Below are positions 1-10,536 of a DNA stretch of 64,000 bases, in pieces. The stretch covers positions 4,936 through 68,935 of the forward strand of contig QJZQ01000215.1 in the NCBI GenBank assembly GCA_003246675.1, written 5' to 3'. The stretch comes from Nitrospirota bacterium. Lineage in GTDB: Bacteria > Nitrospinota > Nitrospinia > Nitrospinales > VA-1. The notes beneath the pieces are model-generated. The model was given only the letters and a program-made list of their open reading frames with translations. It ran no database searches and was not told where the DNA came from. Position 1 is the first letter of the stretch; each line of letters begins with the position of its first letter. Both the position numbers and the translations under genes were made by a program.

Positions 1-17
1 AGGGCCGCTAGGCCTCG

Positions 18-37
18 CGCCGCACTTCGGTGCGGCG
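18..37. other. stable GC hairpin (8-bp stem CGCCGCAC/GTGCGGCG with TTCG loop)
   Basis: Perfect inverted repeat read directly from the sequence. No T-run follows on either strand, so its role as a terminator of an upstream gene is uncertain. Confidence 0.3.
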
Positions 38-187
38 AATGTAGTCTCCCCGCAGCATTTTTAATCCTGCCTCAATGCAGTTTCATGTCTTCTTGAAATC
101 AGCATAGAATCAAAAGCTTACGGGAAATCCGCAGCGCGCTGGCCGAGGCCCTTAAGGGGAGGGCCTTGTTCGGGGGGCCCCGGAAGG

Positions 188-216
188 TTGACGTTTATTC
201 GCTCTTCGAATATGAT
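188..216 (+). promoter_or_regulatory. sigma-70-like promoter TTGACG-N17-TATGAT
   Basis: TTGACG lies at 188-193 and TATGAT at 211-216, with an exact 17-nt spacer. It sits about 100 nt upstream of the first CDS. Confidence 0.4.
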
Positions 217-320
217 CCCCCGCATATCCTATATTTTTAAAGCGATTAACGAAGCGATTTCGAGTGCTTTTGGCTGGGGGGCCAGGGCTGCGCTTCGCTT
301 CATGGGCGATGGAGAAAGCG

Positions 321-857
321 ATGAGAATATTCTTGGGCCAGCGTGGGCTGGTTTTGTTGCTTTTGGTCGTGTTTTTTATGCCTGCAACGGCCAGGGCGAA
401 AGAGTCGATCTGCGATGGGCTGAAGCGGGCCGCCCATGGTCTTTGCGTGGCCTATTGCGAAGGGCTGGACTGCGATGGCAGCGCAGGCGGTCCGAACGCC
501 AGCCTTACCGCCTGCGACCGGTTGTGGACCCGGTACGAAAAAGCCGCAGGCCCCGGCGCGGTGTTCCCCTGCGAGGTGCCCGCCTCGTCTGAGCCCGTTT
601 GCCCCTGTTGGCTCGACGAGGAGCAGATTTTCGAAATCATGGGCGATCCTGTCTTGTGCGATGCGCAGTTCCCGGAGTTTTTTACCCTGCAGGGCACCAA
701 AGGGATCGTTCATGTCACCCAGGAAAAGGGCGCCACCGGCCCTTACCGGTGTGAGTTGCAGGATCAGGATTCCGTGATTGGCATCGAGGAACCCGAGGCG
801 ATGGCCTGCCTTGCTGATCTGGCACAGGTGAGTGGAGAACTTTGCGGTTCCAACTGA
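321..857 (+). CDS. secreted cysteine-rich hypothetical protein
   Basis: ATG at 321 is preceded by GGAGAA at 311-316. The N-terminus MRIFLGQRGLVLLLLVVFFMPATARA looks like a signal peptide. The mature part has about 12 Cys. I recognise no family. Confidence 0.55.
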   Translation: MRIFLGQRGLVLLLLVVFFMPATARAKESICDGLKRAAHGLCVAYCEGLDCDGSAGGPNASLTACDRLWTRYEKAAGPGAVFPCEVPASSEPVCPCWLDEEQIFEIMGDPVLCDAQFPEFFTLQGTKGIVHVTQEKGATGPYRCELQDQDSVIGIEEPEAMACLADLAQVSGELCGSN

Positions 858-885
858 ACCGCGGGTTTTAAGGAGGCGATTCGTG

Positions 886-1641
886 ATGATGGAGTCGAAG
901 CGGACGGCGCAAAAAATTCTCGCGGCCACGGCCGGGGCGATTCTGGCTCTGGCATTGGCGGCGCCGGGGGTCCATGCGGAGGGTACGCTCACCCATCAGG
1001 ACCCCGCCGGGCGGTTTTCCTTTGAGTACCCGCAAAACTTCGGCGCGGTTTCTCCGGGCACCAACAATGGTTTTGGGGGGCGGGTCGCGGCCCTTCGTTT
1101 CTCGGACTTTTCCTCCGGCCTCAGGCAGGGGACGCTGGTTCTTGGAGGCGAAGCGGTGGTGACGCGCGGGCCGGTGCAGGTGGATCTCCAGGCCCTGGGC
1201 GGATTGTACGACCCCTTCGCCGCCGAGGTTCTCCCCGCACCGCTTAAAGCCTTGCTCAAGACCCATCTGCCGCCTCTGGGCGCGGCCAACTTCTGCCCCC
1301 AGCTTGCGCGCGAGGATCATGTGGACTGGAGGCATCCCGATTTCGCGGCCCTGTCTCCCGCGCAAATAACCGCCGCCCAGGCCCTCGACCGCTTGCGCAA
1401 CGAAGCGCCCGATGTTGTCGAGTGCCGTGAGCTGGAAAATGGCCTGATCGTTTTCCACAAACGGGTTATCGCCCGTTTTGGTGCGGCATCGAGCCCGCAG
1501 CATGTTTACGGGGTGGTGCATTTTTTCGATACCGGTATTTCATCCTTTCAGATCGTTCGTGCGGGCAGCGAGGCGCCAGACCGGGGTCTGCTCATGAGCA
1601 TGGAGGCCATCGCACGGTCTTTCCGCTGGCGGGGCCGCTGA
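886..1641 (+). CDS. secreted hypothetical protein
   Basis: AGGAGG at 871-876 precedes GTG 883 and ATG 886. The signal-peptide-like N-terminus reads KILAATAGAILALALAAPGVHAEG. No family recognised. Confidence 0.55.
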   Translation: MMESKRTAQKILAATAGAILALALAAPGVHAEGTLTHQDPAGRFSFEYPQNFGAVSPGTNNGFGGRVAALRFSDFSSGLRQGTLVLGGEAVVTRGPVQVDLQALGGLYDPFAAEVLPAPLKALLKTHLPPLGAANFCPQLAREDHVDWRHPDFAALSPAQITAAQALDRLRNEAPDVVECRELENGLIVFHKRVIARFGAASSPQHVYGVVHFFDTGISSFQIVRAGSEAPDRGLLMSMEAIARSFRWRGR

Positions 1642-1722
1642 ACTTTTCCTTCCCCTCTAACAGAATTCTCACCCTCCACGGCGGAAAAACACCTTATAAT
1701 TGGCCGAAAACAGGAGACGGCC

Positions 1723-2415
1723 ATGCCCGGTGAAAGAATCCTTGTCGTGGAGGATGAGGAAGACATTCAGGAACTCATCGCTTACAACCTGAGAAAAGAG
1801 TCCTATCAGGTGACCACCGTCGGCGATGGTGAAAAGGCATTGAAAATCGCGGAGGCCACCCTGCCCGATCTTCTGGTGCTCGATCTCATGCTGCCCGGCC
1901 TGGGCGGCCTGGAGGTGTGCAAGCGGCTCAAGCGAAACCCCGAGGCCGAACGGATTCCCATCATCATGCTGACCGCGCGCGGCGACGAAGCCGATATTGT
2001 CACGGGTCTGGAGCTGGGCGCCGACGATTACATCACCAAGCCCTTCAGCCTGAAAATATTTGTGACAAGGGTGAAGGCCGTGCTGCGCCGCAGCCAGGGG
2101 GGGGAGCCGTCCGGCGACCAGGCGCTTGCCTTTGGCGGCCTCGAGATCCATACCGGCCGGCATGAAGTGCGCGTGGACGGGCAGTTGGTCCATCTCACCG
2201 TCACCGAATTCAACATCCTGAAATTTCTCGCCCGCCGCCCGGGCTGGGTGTTCACCCGCGGCCAGATCGTCGAAGCGGTGCGCGGGGAGGACTACGCGGT
2301 GACCGACCGGGCGGTGGATTTTCAGATCGTCGGTCTGAGAAAAAAGCTCGGCTCCGCCGCCGACCGCATCGAGACGGTGCGCGGGGTGGGCTATCGATTT
2401 CGGGAAGCCGCATGA
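1723..2415 (+). CDS. phoB: OmpR-family response regulator, PhoB-like
   Basis: The receiver domain (ILVVEDEEDI...DLLVLDLMLPG...ADDYITKPF) is followed by a winged-helix C-terminus (ETVRGVGYRF). AGGAGA Shine-Dalgarno at 1712-1717 and TATAAT at 1695-1700. It heads a pst/phoU cluster. Confidence 0.85.
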   Translation: MPGERILVVEDEEDIQELIAYNLRKESYQVTTVGDGEKALKIAEATLPDLLVLDLMLPGLGGLEVCKRLKRNPEAERIPIIMLTARGDEADIVTGLELGADDYITKPFSLKIFVTRVKAVLRRSQGGEPSGDQALAFGGLEIHTGRHEVRVDGQLVHLTVTEFNILKFLARRPGWVFTRGQIVEAVRGEDYAVTDRAVDFQIVGLRKKLGSAADRIETVRGVGYRFREAA

Positions 2416-4187
2416 AAGAGAGACGGCTTCTCTGGCAGCTTTTCCCCACCTACCTCCTGATCGCCCTCGCCATTTTGCTCTCCGTCGGCGCTTATGTGCT
2501 CGTCACCCTGAAGGATTTTTACTACCGCCAGATGACGGCGGATCTGGAAGTGCGCGCCCGCCTTGTCGAGAGTCTGGTGGAGACGCCCTTCCTGACGGGC
2601 GACCCGGTGGTACTCGAAGGCCTGGTGAACCGGTTGGGCGAGGTTTCGGCGAGCCGGATCACGCTCGTCGACCCGGCCGGGAGCGTCCTGGGCGACTCAC
2701 ATGAAGACCCCGCCCGAATGGACAACCATGCCGAACGGCCGGAGGTGCGCGAGGCCCTCATGGGGAGGACGGGGCAGGCCCTGCGTTTCAGCCAGACGCT
2801 GGGTGAAAACAGGATGTACCTGGCGGTTCCCGTGGAGGCCAAGGGGGCGATCCTCGGTGTCGTCCGGGTTTCTCTTTCCATGGAGTTCATCGACAAAAAA
2901 CTCCTGTCCATCAAAGGACGTCTGGCCCTGGGCGGCGGCGCGCTCGCCCTGCTTGTGGCTATCGTCAGTTGGTGGGTGTCCCGGCGTATCAGCCGGCCGC
3001 TGGAGGAAATGAAGCTTGGAGCGGCCCGGTTCGCCAAGGGCGACCTCGATCAGCCGGTCACGGTGGCGGGCGCTCTGGAAGTGAGTGCGCTGGCCGAGTC
3101 GCTCAACCAGATGGCGAGCCAGCTCGATGAACGAATCGGCACCATCACCGCCCAGCGCAACGAGCGCGAGGCGATCCTCTACAGCATGGTGGAGGGAGTG
3201 CTGGCGGTGGACGCGGGCGAGAGGGTCCTCAGCATGAACCAGGCCGCAGCCGAACTCTTTGGCATGGAGCCCCAGGCTTCGCTGGGGAAAAGCGTCCTCG
3301 AAGTGGTGAGAAACCCCGACCTGCAACGTTTTGTCAAGAAGACCCTGAGCTGCAAGGGAGTTCTGGAATCCGATATCCTGATGAAGGGAGCCGATCAGGA
3401 GCGGTACCTGCAAACCCGCGGCACCCAGCTTCGAGGCGCGGGCGGCGAGGCCGTGGGGGCCGTGCTGGTGATGAACGATGTCACCCGGATGCGGCAGCTG
3501 GAGAGCGTTCGCCGGGATTTCGCCGCCAACGTATCGCACGAGCTCAAAACGCCCATCACCTCCATCAAGGGGTTCGTCGAAACCCTCGAGGCCGGAGCCA
3601 TCGACCAGCCGGAAGACGCACGCCGGTTTCTCGCCATCGTATCCAAACAGGTCGACCGGCTGCACGCCATCATCGAGGATCTGCTCTGCCTGTCGAAAGT
3701 TGAGCAGGGCGCGGGCCGCAGCGAAGTGCCTTTCAAGGAGGTGGCGCTGCGGGACGTGCTGGAGGCCGCCATCCAGGCTTGTTCCGCCAAGGCGGGAGAA
3801 AAAAATGTCCAGGTCGTGCTTTCCTGCGCCGGGAACCTCATGGCCCGCGTCAGCCCGCCTCTCCTGGAGCAGGCGGTGGTGAACCTGGTGGATAACGCCA
3901 TCAAATACGGCGGGCCGGAAAGCCGGGTGGACGTGGAAGCCACGGCGGACCTGTTCGAAATCCTCATCCGGGTGCGCGATGCGGGGCGCGGCATCGAGCC
4001 TGTCCACTGGCCGCGGCTGTTCGAGCGTTTTTACCGGATCGATGAAGCCCGCAGCCGGGAGCTTGGCGGCACCGGCCTGGGTCTCGCCATCGTCAAGCAC
4101 ATTGCCCAGGCGCACGGCGGTTCCGTGGAAGTGACGAGCGAGATCGGCAAGGGCAGCGTATTCACCCTCCACCTTCCCGCAGCCTGA
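2412..4187 (+). CDS. phoR: phosphate-regulon sensor histidine kinase, PhoR-like
   Basis: ATGA overlap with phoB. Two TM segments, then HAMP, PAS, the H-box FAANVSHELKTPITSIKGF, and HATPase motifs ([18 protein letters not shown]). Confidence 0.8.
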   Translation: MKERRLLWQLFPTYLLIALAILLSVGAYVLVTLKDFYYRQMTADLEVRARLVESLVETPFLTGDPVVLEGLVNRLGEVSASRITLVDPAGSVLGDSHEDPARMDNHAERPEVREALMGRTGQALRFSQTLGENRMYLAVPVEAKGAILGVVRVSLSMEFIDKKLLSIKGRLALGGGALALLVAIVSWWVSRRISRPLEEMKLGAARFAKGDLDQPVTVAGALEVSALAESLNQMASQLDERIGTITAQRNEREAILYSMVEGVLAVDAGERVLSMNQAAAELFGMEPQASLGKSVLEVVRNPDLQRFVKKTLSCKGVLESDILMKGADQERYLQTRGTQLRGAGGEAVGAVLVMNDVTRMRQLESVRRDFAANVSHELKTPITSIKGFVETLEAGAIDQPEDARRFLAIVSKQVDRLHAIIEDLLCLSKVEQGAGRSEVPFKEVALRDVLEAAIQACSAKAGEKNVQVVLSCAGNLMARVSPPLLEQAVVNLVDNAIKYGGPESRVDVEATADLFEILIRVRDAGRGIEPVHWPRLFERFYRIDEARSRELGGTGLGLAIVKHIAQAHGGSVEVTSEIGKGSVFTLHLPAA

Positions 4188-4196
4188 GCCGCGCCG

Positions 4197-4214
4197 CTGT
4201 TATATTATTTACAT
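4197..4214 (+). promoter_or_regulatory. candidate Pho box (CTGTTAT-ATTA-TTTACAT)
   Basis: The 7+4+7 architecture resembles the E. coli Pho box CTGTCAT-N4-CTGTCAT. It lies 87 nt upstream of the first porin gene. The second half-site is weak. Confidence 0.3.
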
Positions 4215-4300
4215 GCCGTATCCTCCGGGCGGGGATCATACAAACACTCCTGCGCCCCACCGGCGTTGAGGGTGAAGACCCATGCGGTCAGGCGGGTTGA

Positions 4301-5566
4301 ATGAGCAACATTTTTCGAAAACTGATTTTTCCTTTTCTCCTGGTTCTGTGGTCGGCGGTCCCGGCCCTGGCCGGGGATGTGGAGCACCGCCTTGACGCCC
4401 TGGAGAGGGAGCTGACGGAGAAACCCGGCGATTTTCGCGTCTATTGGGAAAACGGGCTTCGGTTTGATTCGAAGGACCGGCGGTTCAAGTACCGCCTGGG
4501 CGGCCGCATTCAGAACGACTGGGCATTCTTCGATGCCGATCCCGAAATCGAGGATGCCTTCGGCTCGCAAAAGGATGGAGTGGAGTTCCGCCGCGCGCAG
4601 ATCTATCTCTCCGGCCTGCTCTACAACCGGGTGCAGTTCAAGGCGCAGTACGACTTTGCCGGAGGAACGGCGAAATTCAAGGATGTGTTCATCGGCCTTC
4701 TCGACGTCCCCGTCGTCGGCAACATCCTCGTCGGGCATTTCATCGAACCCTTCCTGCTGGAAACCCATGTCAGCAACAAATACCTGACCTTTCTCGAGCG
4801 CTCGCTGCTCTTCGAAGCGTTCGCGCCGGACCGTAACCCCGGCATCGCCATTTACGATCAGGAGCTTGACGGGCGCCTGTTCTGGGCGGCGGGGTGGTTC
4901 AAGGAAGCCGCAAGCGATCCGCCGGTGGCGCGGGAGAGCGGCAACAACGCCGTGACGGTGCGCCTGGCCGGCCTGCCCTGGTTTGAGCGGAAGGGACGCC
5001 ACCTGCTTCACTTGGGCGCAAGTTACAGCTACCGCGACCCTCCCGGCGGCACGGCCCGTTTCAGGACGCGCCCCGAGGCGCACCTCACCGAAAGCCGGTT
5101 CGTGGACACCGGGCCGCTGATGGCCGACTCTGTCCAGCTTGCCAATGCCGAGGCGGCGTGGGTGGCGGGGCCGCTCTCCCTGCAGGCGGAGTACACCCGC
5201 GCCTGGGTGGCGGGCGGGGTGAAGGGCGAGGCGGGTTTCGACGGATTTTACGCGCAGGCGGGGTGGTTCCTGACCGGTGAGCACCGGCCTTACCTGGGCG
5301 GCGCGTTTTCCCGCGTGATCCCCAGGAAAAATTTTCTCGACGGCGGCGGGCTCGGCGCCTGGCAGGTGGTGGCGCGTTATTCCCAGGTGGATCTCGACGA
5401 TGCCGAGGCCGGGGTGAAGGGTGGTTTCGAGGAGAATATCACCCTTGGGCTCAATGGATTCCTTAACCCACAGACGCGGCTGATGTTCAATTACACGCAC
5501 GCCAGCCCCTCCACCGCGAGCGGTGATCTCGATGTTCTGCAAATGCGCTTTCAGGTGGAATTTTAA
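4301..5566 (+). CDS. phosphate-selective porin O/P family outer-membrane protein
   Basis: Signal peptide, N-terminal coiled segment, and family-typical blocks GGRIQNDWAFF, VEFRRAQIYLSG, KAQYDFAG and C-terminal RFQVEF. Confidence 0.85.
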   Translation: MSNIFRKLIFPFLLVLWSAVPALAGDVEHRLDALERELTEKPGDFRVYWENGLRFDSKDRRFKYRLGGRIQNDWAFFDADPEIEDAFGSQKDGVEFRRAQIYLSGLLYNRVQFKAQYDFAGGTAKFKDVFIGLLDVPVVGNILVGHFIEPFLLETHVSNKYLTFLERSLLFEAFAPDRNPGIAIYDQELDGRLFWAAGWFKEAASDPPVARESGNNAVTVRLAGLPWFERKGRHLLHLGASYSYRDPPGGTARFRTRPEAHLTESRFVDTGPLMADSVQLANAEAAWVAGPLSLQAEYTRAWVAGGVKGEAGFDGFYAQAGWFLTGEHRPYLGGAFSRVIPRKNFLDGGGLGAWQVVARYSQVDLDDAEAGVKGGFEENITLGLNGFLNPQTRLMFNYTHASPSTASGDLDVLQMRFQVEF

Positions 5567-5757
5567 CCGTCCACTCGCGGGCCGTATGGACAACACGTTG
5601 TATTTTATAGTATGTAGCGATGGAGGGGGCTCCGAGGCTTTTGAAAGCGATGATTTTTACGAAACTCTATTTCCTCCCTCATTAATATCTAACAAGAGGG
5701 CCTTAACCTGGGGGAAATAGGAAGCAAATATAGAATCCAGAGAGGAAAATCGAAACG

Positions 5758-7098
5758 ATGAAACATGAAACGTCTGAGGTGGTTATGAATTCGAAAAAAG
5801 TGAAGAGGCTGGTGCGGGTTTTTATGCTGTCGGTATTTTCGGTGTTCGCGATTTCCGAGGCGTTATCCGGCCTGGCCGCCGCAGAAATGTCTTCCACCGA
5901 GCTTCGGCTGCAGGCGCTGGAAGAGAAGGTGAAAGCCGGCGAAGACAACCTGCGTGTTTATTATAAGGACGGTCTCAAGTTCGAATCCGGGGATGGCGAT
6001 TTCAAATTTCAGATTGGCGGGCGCATCATGAACGACTGGGCCTTCAACTCCGCCGACGATGATTTCAAGTCGCAGGATCAGGAGCCCGGCGACGGGGTGG
6101 AGTTCCGCCGCGCCAGGCTTTTCTTTTCAGGCCTGATATACGACCGGGTCAAGTTCAAGGCGCAGTACGATTTCGCGGGCCAGGATGTTGACTTCAAGGA
6201 CGTTTACATGGGGCTGATCCGCCTGCCCGTGGTGGGCAACGTGGATGTGGGCCATTTCAAGGAGCCGTTTTCTCTGGAGGAGATCACCAGCTCCAAATAC
6301 ATCACCTTCATGGAGCGCTCGCTGGCAGCGGAAACCTTCGCCCCTTCGCGCAATACCGGTATCGCCTTTTACGATAACGCCCTGGACGGCAACATGACCT
6401 GGGCGGTGGGCGCCTTCCGTCCGGTGGACGACAGCGGCGACCTGGTCGGCAGCGACGATGGTTATAACGTCACGTTCCGTTTAACCGGCACCCCCTGGAA
6501 CGAAGACAAGGGCAAAAAACTGCTGCATCTGGGTTTTGCCTACACCTACCAGGAGCCCGATGGCGGCGAAGTCCGCTTCCGCAGCCGGCCGGAAAATCAC
6601 CAGACGGACCGCTTCATCGATACCGGTGATTTTTCCGCCGAGGACACCAGCATTTATGGTCTGGAGGCGGCGCTGGTACTCAACAGCCTGAGCCTGCAAG
6701 GCGAATATATGCATGCAGATGTTCGCCGCCCATCCGGCTTTTCCGACCCCGATTTCAGCGGTTACTACATCGAGGCGAGCTACTACCTCACCGGCGAGAA
6801 CCGCAGCTACAAAGAAGGAGCTTTCGGCCGCACCAAGGTGAAGAAGAACTTTCTGCAAAACGGCGGCTGGGGCGCCTGGCAGATGGCGCTCAGGTACTCT
6901 TCCGTCGACCTCAACGACGCCGGGCTCGCGGGCGGCGAGGAAGACAACATCACCGTCGGCCTCAACTGGCACCTCAACAACAACACCCGCGTGATGTTCA
7001 ATTACGTGAATGCCGACATCGAGAACTCCTTCGAAGAAAAGAACATCGCAGAGGGCGGTCTGGACATGTTCATGACCCGCTTTCAGATCGATTTTTAA
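5758..7098 (+). CDS. phosphate-selective porin O/P family outer-membrane protein (paralog)
   Basis: It carries the same blocks as the upstream porin (GGRIMNDWAF, VEFRRARLFFSG, KAQYDFAG, RFQIDF). I estimate about half the residues are identical by eye. The start could instead be the internal MNSKK. Confidence 0.85.
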   Translation: MKHETSEVVMNSKKVKRLVRVFMLSVFSVFAISEALSGLAAAEMSSTELRLQALEEKVKAGEDNLRVYYKDGLKFESGDGDFKFQIGGRIMNDWAFNSADDDFKSQDQEPGDGVEFRRARLFFSGLIYDRVKFKAQYDFAGQDVDFKDVYMGLIRLPVVGNVDVGHFKEPFSLEEITSSKYITFMERSLAAETFAPSRNTGIAFYDNALDGNMTWAVGAFRPVDDSGDLVGSDDGYNVTFRLTGTPWNEDKGKKLLHLGFAYTYQEPDGGEVRFRSRPENHQTDRFIDTGDFSAEDTSIYGLEAALVLNSLSLQGEYMHADVRRPSGFSDPDFSGYYIEASYYLTGENRSYKEGAFGRTKVKKNFLQNGGWGAWQMALRYSSVDLNDAGLAGGEEDNITVGLNWHLNNNTRVMFNYVNADIENSFEEKNIAEGGLDMFMTRFQIDF

Positions 7099-7178
7099 AC
7101 CCGGTCCCTGGGTTTAAAAGCCAGGCCAATGAAAACCATCCATTGACCTGTTTCCCCTGTTTCCTCGGGAATCCCAAT

Positions 7179-7201
7179 CCCGCCGGCGGGAGGCCGGCGG
7201 G
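7179..7201 (+). terminator. GC hairpin after second porin (CCCGCCGGC-GGGAG-GCCGGCGGG)
   Basis: Perfect 9-bp stem read from the sequence. It is followed by GGGGATTCT rather than a clean T-run. Confidence 0.35.
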
Positions 7202-7218
7202 GGGGATTCTACCCAATC

Positions 7219-7236
7219 CCTAACGCAAACCTAACA
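7219..7236 (+). promoter_or_regulatory. candidate PhoB-type direct repeats CCTAACG-CAAA-CCTAACA
   Basis: Two 7-bp direct repeats with 11-bp periodicity lie about 55 nt upstream of pstS. A CTAACA half-site also occurs upstream of phoB (1657-1662) and of porin 2 (5689-5694). Confidence 0.3.
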
Positions 7237-7288
7237 ATTAACGTTTATCTTCCTTAAAAACGAAGAAGATAAAGACGGGAGAGTTGCA

Positions 7289-8281
7289 ATGAAAACACGG
7301 CAAATACTAGCGGCAGGCGGGGCGGCCCTCGTCGCCCTGATGACCTGGGCGGGCCCGGGTTCCGCGCAGACGGTGCAGGTGGACCCGGCGCTTGCGGCGT
7401 ACTCGAAGGTGAGCGGCGTCAGCGGCAACCTTTCGAGCGTCGGCTCCGACACGCTCAATAACCTGATGACCTTCTGGACCGAGAAGTTCAAGGAATACTA
7501 CCCCAACGTCAACATCCAGGTGGAAGGCAAGGGCTCTTCGACGGCTCCGCCGGCTCTGATCTCCGCCACCGCCCAGCTCGGTCCCATGTCCCGCATGATG
7601 AAGGGAAAAGAGATCGATGAATTTGAAAAAAAGTTCGGTTACAAGCCGACCCCCGTGCGCGTGGCGGTGGACGCCCTGGCGGTGTTCGTCAACAAGGACA
7701 ACCCGATCAAGGGAATGAGCCTTGCGCAGGTGGACGCGGTATTCTCCAAATCGGCCCGCCGCGGGGGCCAGGCCGTCACCACATGGGGGCAGCTCGGCCT
7801 CAAGGGCGACTGGGCGAACCGCCCCATCAGCCTGTACGGCCGCAACTCCGCCTCCGGAACCTACGGGTTCTTCAAGGAGCTGGTGCTTGAAAAAGGCGAT
7901 TACAAGGACGAAGTCAAGGAACAGCCCGGTTCCGCCTCGGTGGTGCAAAGCGTGAGTGTCGACAAGTTCGGCATGGGCTACAGCGGCATCGGCTACAAGA
8001 CCTCCAGCGTGCGCACCCTGCCGCTTTCAGAGGAAGGAATGGGCTACGTGGAGGCGACGGCGGCCAACTCCCTCACCGGCGATTACCCCCTGGCGCGGTT
8101 CCTTTACGTCTACGTCAATAAAGCGCCGGGCAAGCCACTCGACCCGCTGACCCGGGAATTCCTCAAGCTGGTCCTTTCCAAAGAAGGCCAGGAGGTGGTG
8201 ATCAAGGGCGGATATTTTCCCATCCCGGGCACGGTAGCCAATGAAGAGCAAGTGGCCATCGGCGCAACCATGACCCATTGA
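7289..8281 (+). CDS. pstS: phosphate ABC transporter substrate-binding protein
   Basis: Signal peptide plus PstS-family blocks ([32 protein letters not shown]), in pst operon context. Confidence 0.9.
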   Translation: MKTRQILAAGGAALVALMTWAGPGSAQTVQVDPALAAYSKVSGVSGNLSSVGSDTLNNLMTFWTEKFKEYYPNVNIQVEGKGSSTAPPALISATAQLGPMSRMMKGKEIDEFEKKFGYKPTPVRVAVDALAVFVNKDNPIKGMSLAQVDAVFSKSARRGGQAVTTWGQLGLKGDWANRPISLYGRNSASGTYGFFKELVLEKGDYKDEVKEQPGSASVVQSVSVDKFGMGYSGIGYKTSSVRTLPLSEEGMGYVEATAANSLTGDYPLARFLYVYVNKAPGKPLDPLTREFLKLVLSKEGQEVVIKGGYFPIPGTVANEEQVAIGATMTH

Positions 8282-10536
8282 TGACTCCGCACTCGCACGA
8301 AGACACGCGCCCCGGTTCACCGCCTCCGGCGGCGGACCGGGATGTTTCCTCCCGCCTCGCCCGGCGGCTCTTTATCGATCAATGGGCCAGGCGTGGGGTC
8401 AGCTTTGGCGGCTGGCTCATCATCGGCGCCATATTCGCCATCCTTTTCGTTATCGTGGCCGAGTTTTACCCGTTGTTCAAGCAGCCCACGGCCCGTCTTG
8501 AGGCAACGTACGCGGCCTCGGCCAGCGGCGAGGTGTTTGCCGTGGGGGCGGATGAGTACCGCGAGGTTGCCTTTCTCATCGATGCCGCGGGCATTCATTT
8601 TCATTCGCTGAAAGACAAAAAGCCGCTCCCCGTCTCGCCCATGAACGCACTGGGCGCTGCCCGTGTCACCGGAGTCTCCATGGCGGTGCCGCATTTTCCC
8701 GTGCTGGGCCTTTCCGACGGGCGGGTGCTGCCGGTTCGCATACAGTTTGAAAATGAATTTCACGAAGGCGTGCGCACGGTCCGCCCCGTGATCGCGCCGG
8801 AAGAGCCCATCCTGCTCGATGCGCCGGGAGGCGCGCCCCTCACCCGGCTCACGCATCGCGAGGACGGCGCGGGTTACAGCATCGCCGCGGTCAGTGGCGC
8901 GGGAGAGGTGGTGCTGGCCCACGTGCGCGTGAAAAGGAACCTCATGGGGAAGGTCACCCGCAGCGAAAGCCGGGAGCGCCTCGCGTTTCCCGCCCGGGGA
9001 GCCATCACGGCACTGGCGTTCGATGTTGTCCGGCAAGGGCTGGTGGCCGGCACCGGCACAGGCCAGATCCTCTGGGCGTCACTCGCCGATGGAGCGGTGC
9101 AAACCGTGGGGGCGACGCGCCGGGCGGACCTTGGCATAGCCCATCTGGGCTTTCTGCTCGGAGGCTACACGCTGGTGCTCACCGACTCCGAAGGAGGCGT
9201 CAGCTCCTTTCATTTTCCCCGGATTCAGGAGAGCACGCGCAACGTAACAAAAATTTACGATTTCAAACCCGGCTCCACCGGCAGCGCGATTTTCAGCCAC
9301 TCCATGCGCGATAAAGGCTTCCTCACCGGCGGAGGAAATTCCTTGAACATCCATTACGGGACCAGCGGGGCGACGCAGCTCACCCTGTCCCACCCCCGGG
9401 GCAAACCGCTTCGGGCCGCCGTCCTCGCGCCAAAATCCGACGGCGTGGTGGCGGCCGACGAAAGCGGAACGCTCCTGCACTGGACGCTCGACAACCCCTA
9501 CCCGGAGATTTCTCTCGCCGCTCTCTTTGGTAAAGTCCGCTACGAGGGCTACGAAAAGGACGCCTACGTCTGGCAGTCCACCGGCGGTTCGGACGCGTTC
9601 GAGACCAAACTCAGCCTGACGCCGCTGATTTTCGGCACCCTCAAGGGCACCCTTTACGCGCTTTTGTTCGCCGTGCCTCTTGCCCTGTGCGCTGCGTTTT
9701 ACACGTCGCAATTCATGCGGCAGAGCTTGCGGGACATTGTTAAACCGGTGATCGAAATCATGGCGGCGCTGCCCAGCGTCGTCCTCGGGTTTTTCGCCGC
9801 CCTCATCATCGCGCCCAGTGTGGAAGAATATCTTCCCTCCCTGGCGGTGATGCCCCTGATCGTCGTCGTATTGGTGGTGGGGGCGCTGGGCGTTTACGAT
9901 GCGGTGCCCGCCGTCCGGCGGCATCTGCCCCCGGGCAAGGAAATTTACGTCCTCATTCCGCTCACCTTGCTGGCGGGGCTGCTGGCGTTTTCATTGGGCG
10001 GCGCGGTCGAATCCACCTGGCTGGGGGGCGACTACCGCAACTGGCTGAGGGAGCTTTTCTCCATCACCTACGATCAGCGCAACGCCCTGGTGGTGGGCCT
10101 GGCCATGGGTTTCGCCGTCATCCCCATCATCTTCACCCTGGCGGAAGATTCTCTCGCCAACGTGCCTCAGCACCTCAAGGCGTCCTCCCTGGCGCTCGGG
10201 GCGACGCCCTGGCAGACGGCGCTGCGCGTGATACTGCCGACGGCGAGCCCGGGTATTTTTTCGGCGATCATGATCGGCCTCGGCCGCGCCGTGGGTGAAA
10301 CCATGATCGTGCTCATGGCCACCGGCAATACGCCGGTGATGGAGTGGAGCCTGTTCAACGGCTTCCGTGCGCTTTCGGCGAACATCGCCGTCGAACTGCC
10401 CGAAGCCCCCGAAGGCGGCACGTTGTTCCGCGTACTTTTCCTGGCCGCCTTCCTGTTGTTCGTCATGACGTTTCTGGTGAACACCCTGGCGGAGGTGGTT
10501 CGCCTCAAGCTCCGCAAGAGGTACCAGATGTTATGA
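8278..10536 (+). CDS. pstC: phosphate ABC transporter permease PstC, long form with about 390-aa N-terminal periplasmic domain
   Basis: ATGA overlap with pstS. The C-terminal about 300 aa carries the ABC permease EAA-type region ([20 protein letters not shown]). The N-terminal extension lies between TM1 and TM2. Confidence 0.85.
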   Translation: MMTPHSHEDTRPGSPPPAADRDVSSRLARRLFIDQWARRGVSFGGWLIIGAIFAILFVIVAEFYPLFKQPTARLEATYAASASGEVFAVGADEYREVAFLIDAAGIHFHSLKDKKPLPVSPMNALGAARVTGVSMAVPHFPVLGLSDGRVLPVRIQFENEFHEGVRTVRPVIAPEEPILLDAPGGAPLTRLTHREDGAGYSIAAVSGAGEVVLAHVRVKRNLMGKVTRSESRERLAFPARGAITALAFDVVRQGLVAGTGTGQILWASLADGAVQTVGATRRADLGIAHLGFLLGGYTLVLTDSEGGVSSFHFPRIQESTRNVTKIYDFKPGSTGSAIFSHSMRDKGFLTGGGNSLNIHYGTSGATQLTLSHPRGKPLRAAVLAPKSDGVVAADESGTLLHWTLDNPYPEISLAALFGKVRYEGYEKDAYVWQSTGGSDAFETKLSLTPLIFGTLKGTLYALLFAVPLALCAAFYTSQFMRQSLRDIVKPVIEIMAALPSVVLGFFAALIIAPSVEEYLPSLAVMPLIVVVLVVGALGVYDAVPAVRRHLPPGKEIYVLIPLTLLAGLLAFSLGGAVESTWLGGDYRNWLRELFSITYDQRNALVVGLAMGFAVIPIIFTLAEDSLANVPQHLKASSLALGATPWQTALRVILPTASPGIFSAIMIGLGRAVGETMIVLMATGNTPVMEWSLFNGFRALSANIAVELPEAPEGGTLFRVLFLAAFLLFVMTFLVNTLAEVVRLKLRKRYQML

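Noticed and set aside
10344-10532. Upstream extension of the pstA ORF (start at 10344).
   Set aside because: It would overlap pstC by 190 nt and encode an Arg/Pro-rich non-membrane leader. ATG 10533 forms a classic ATGA junction with the pstC stop and begins directly before TM1.
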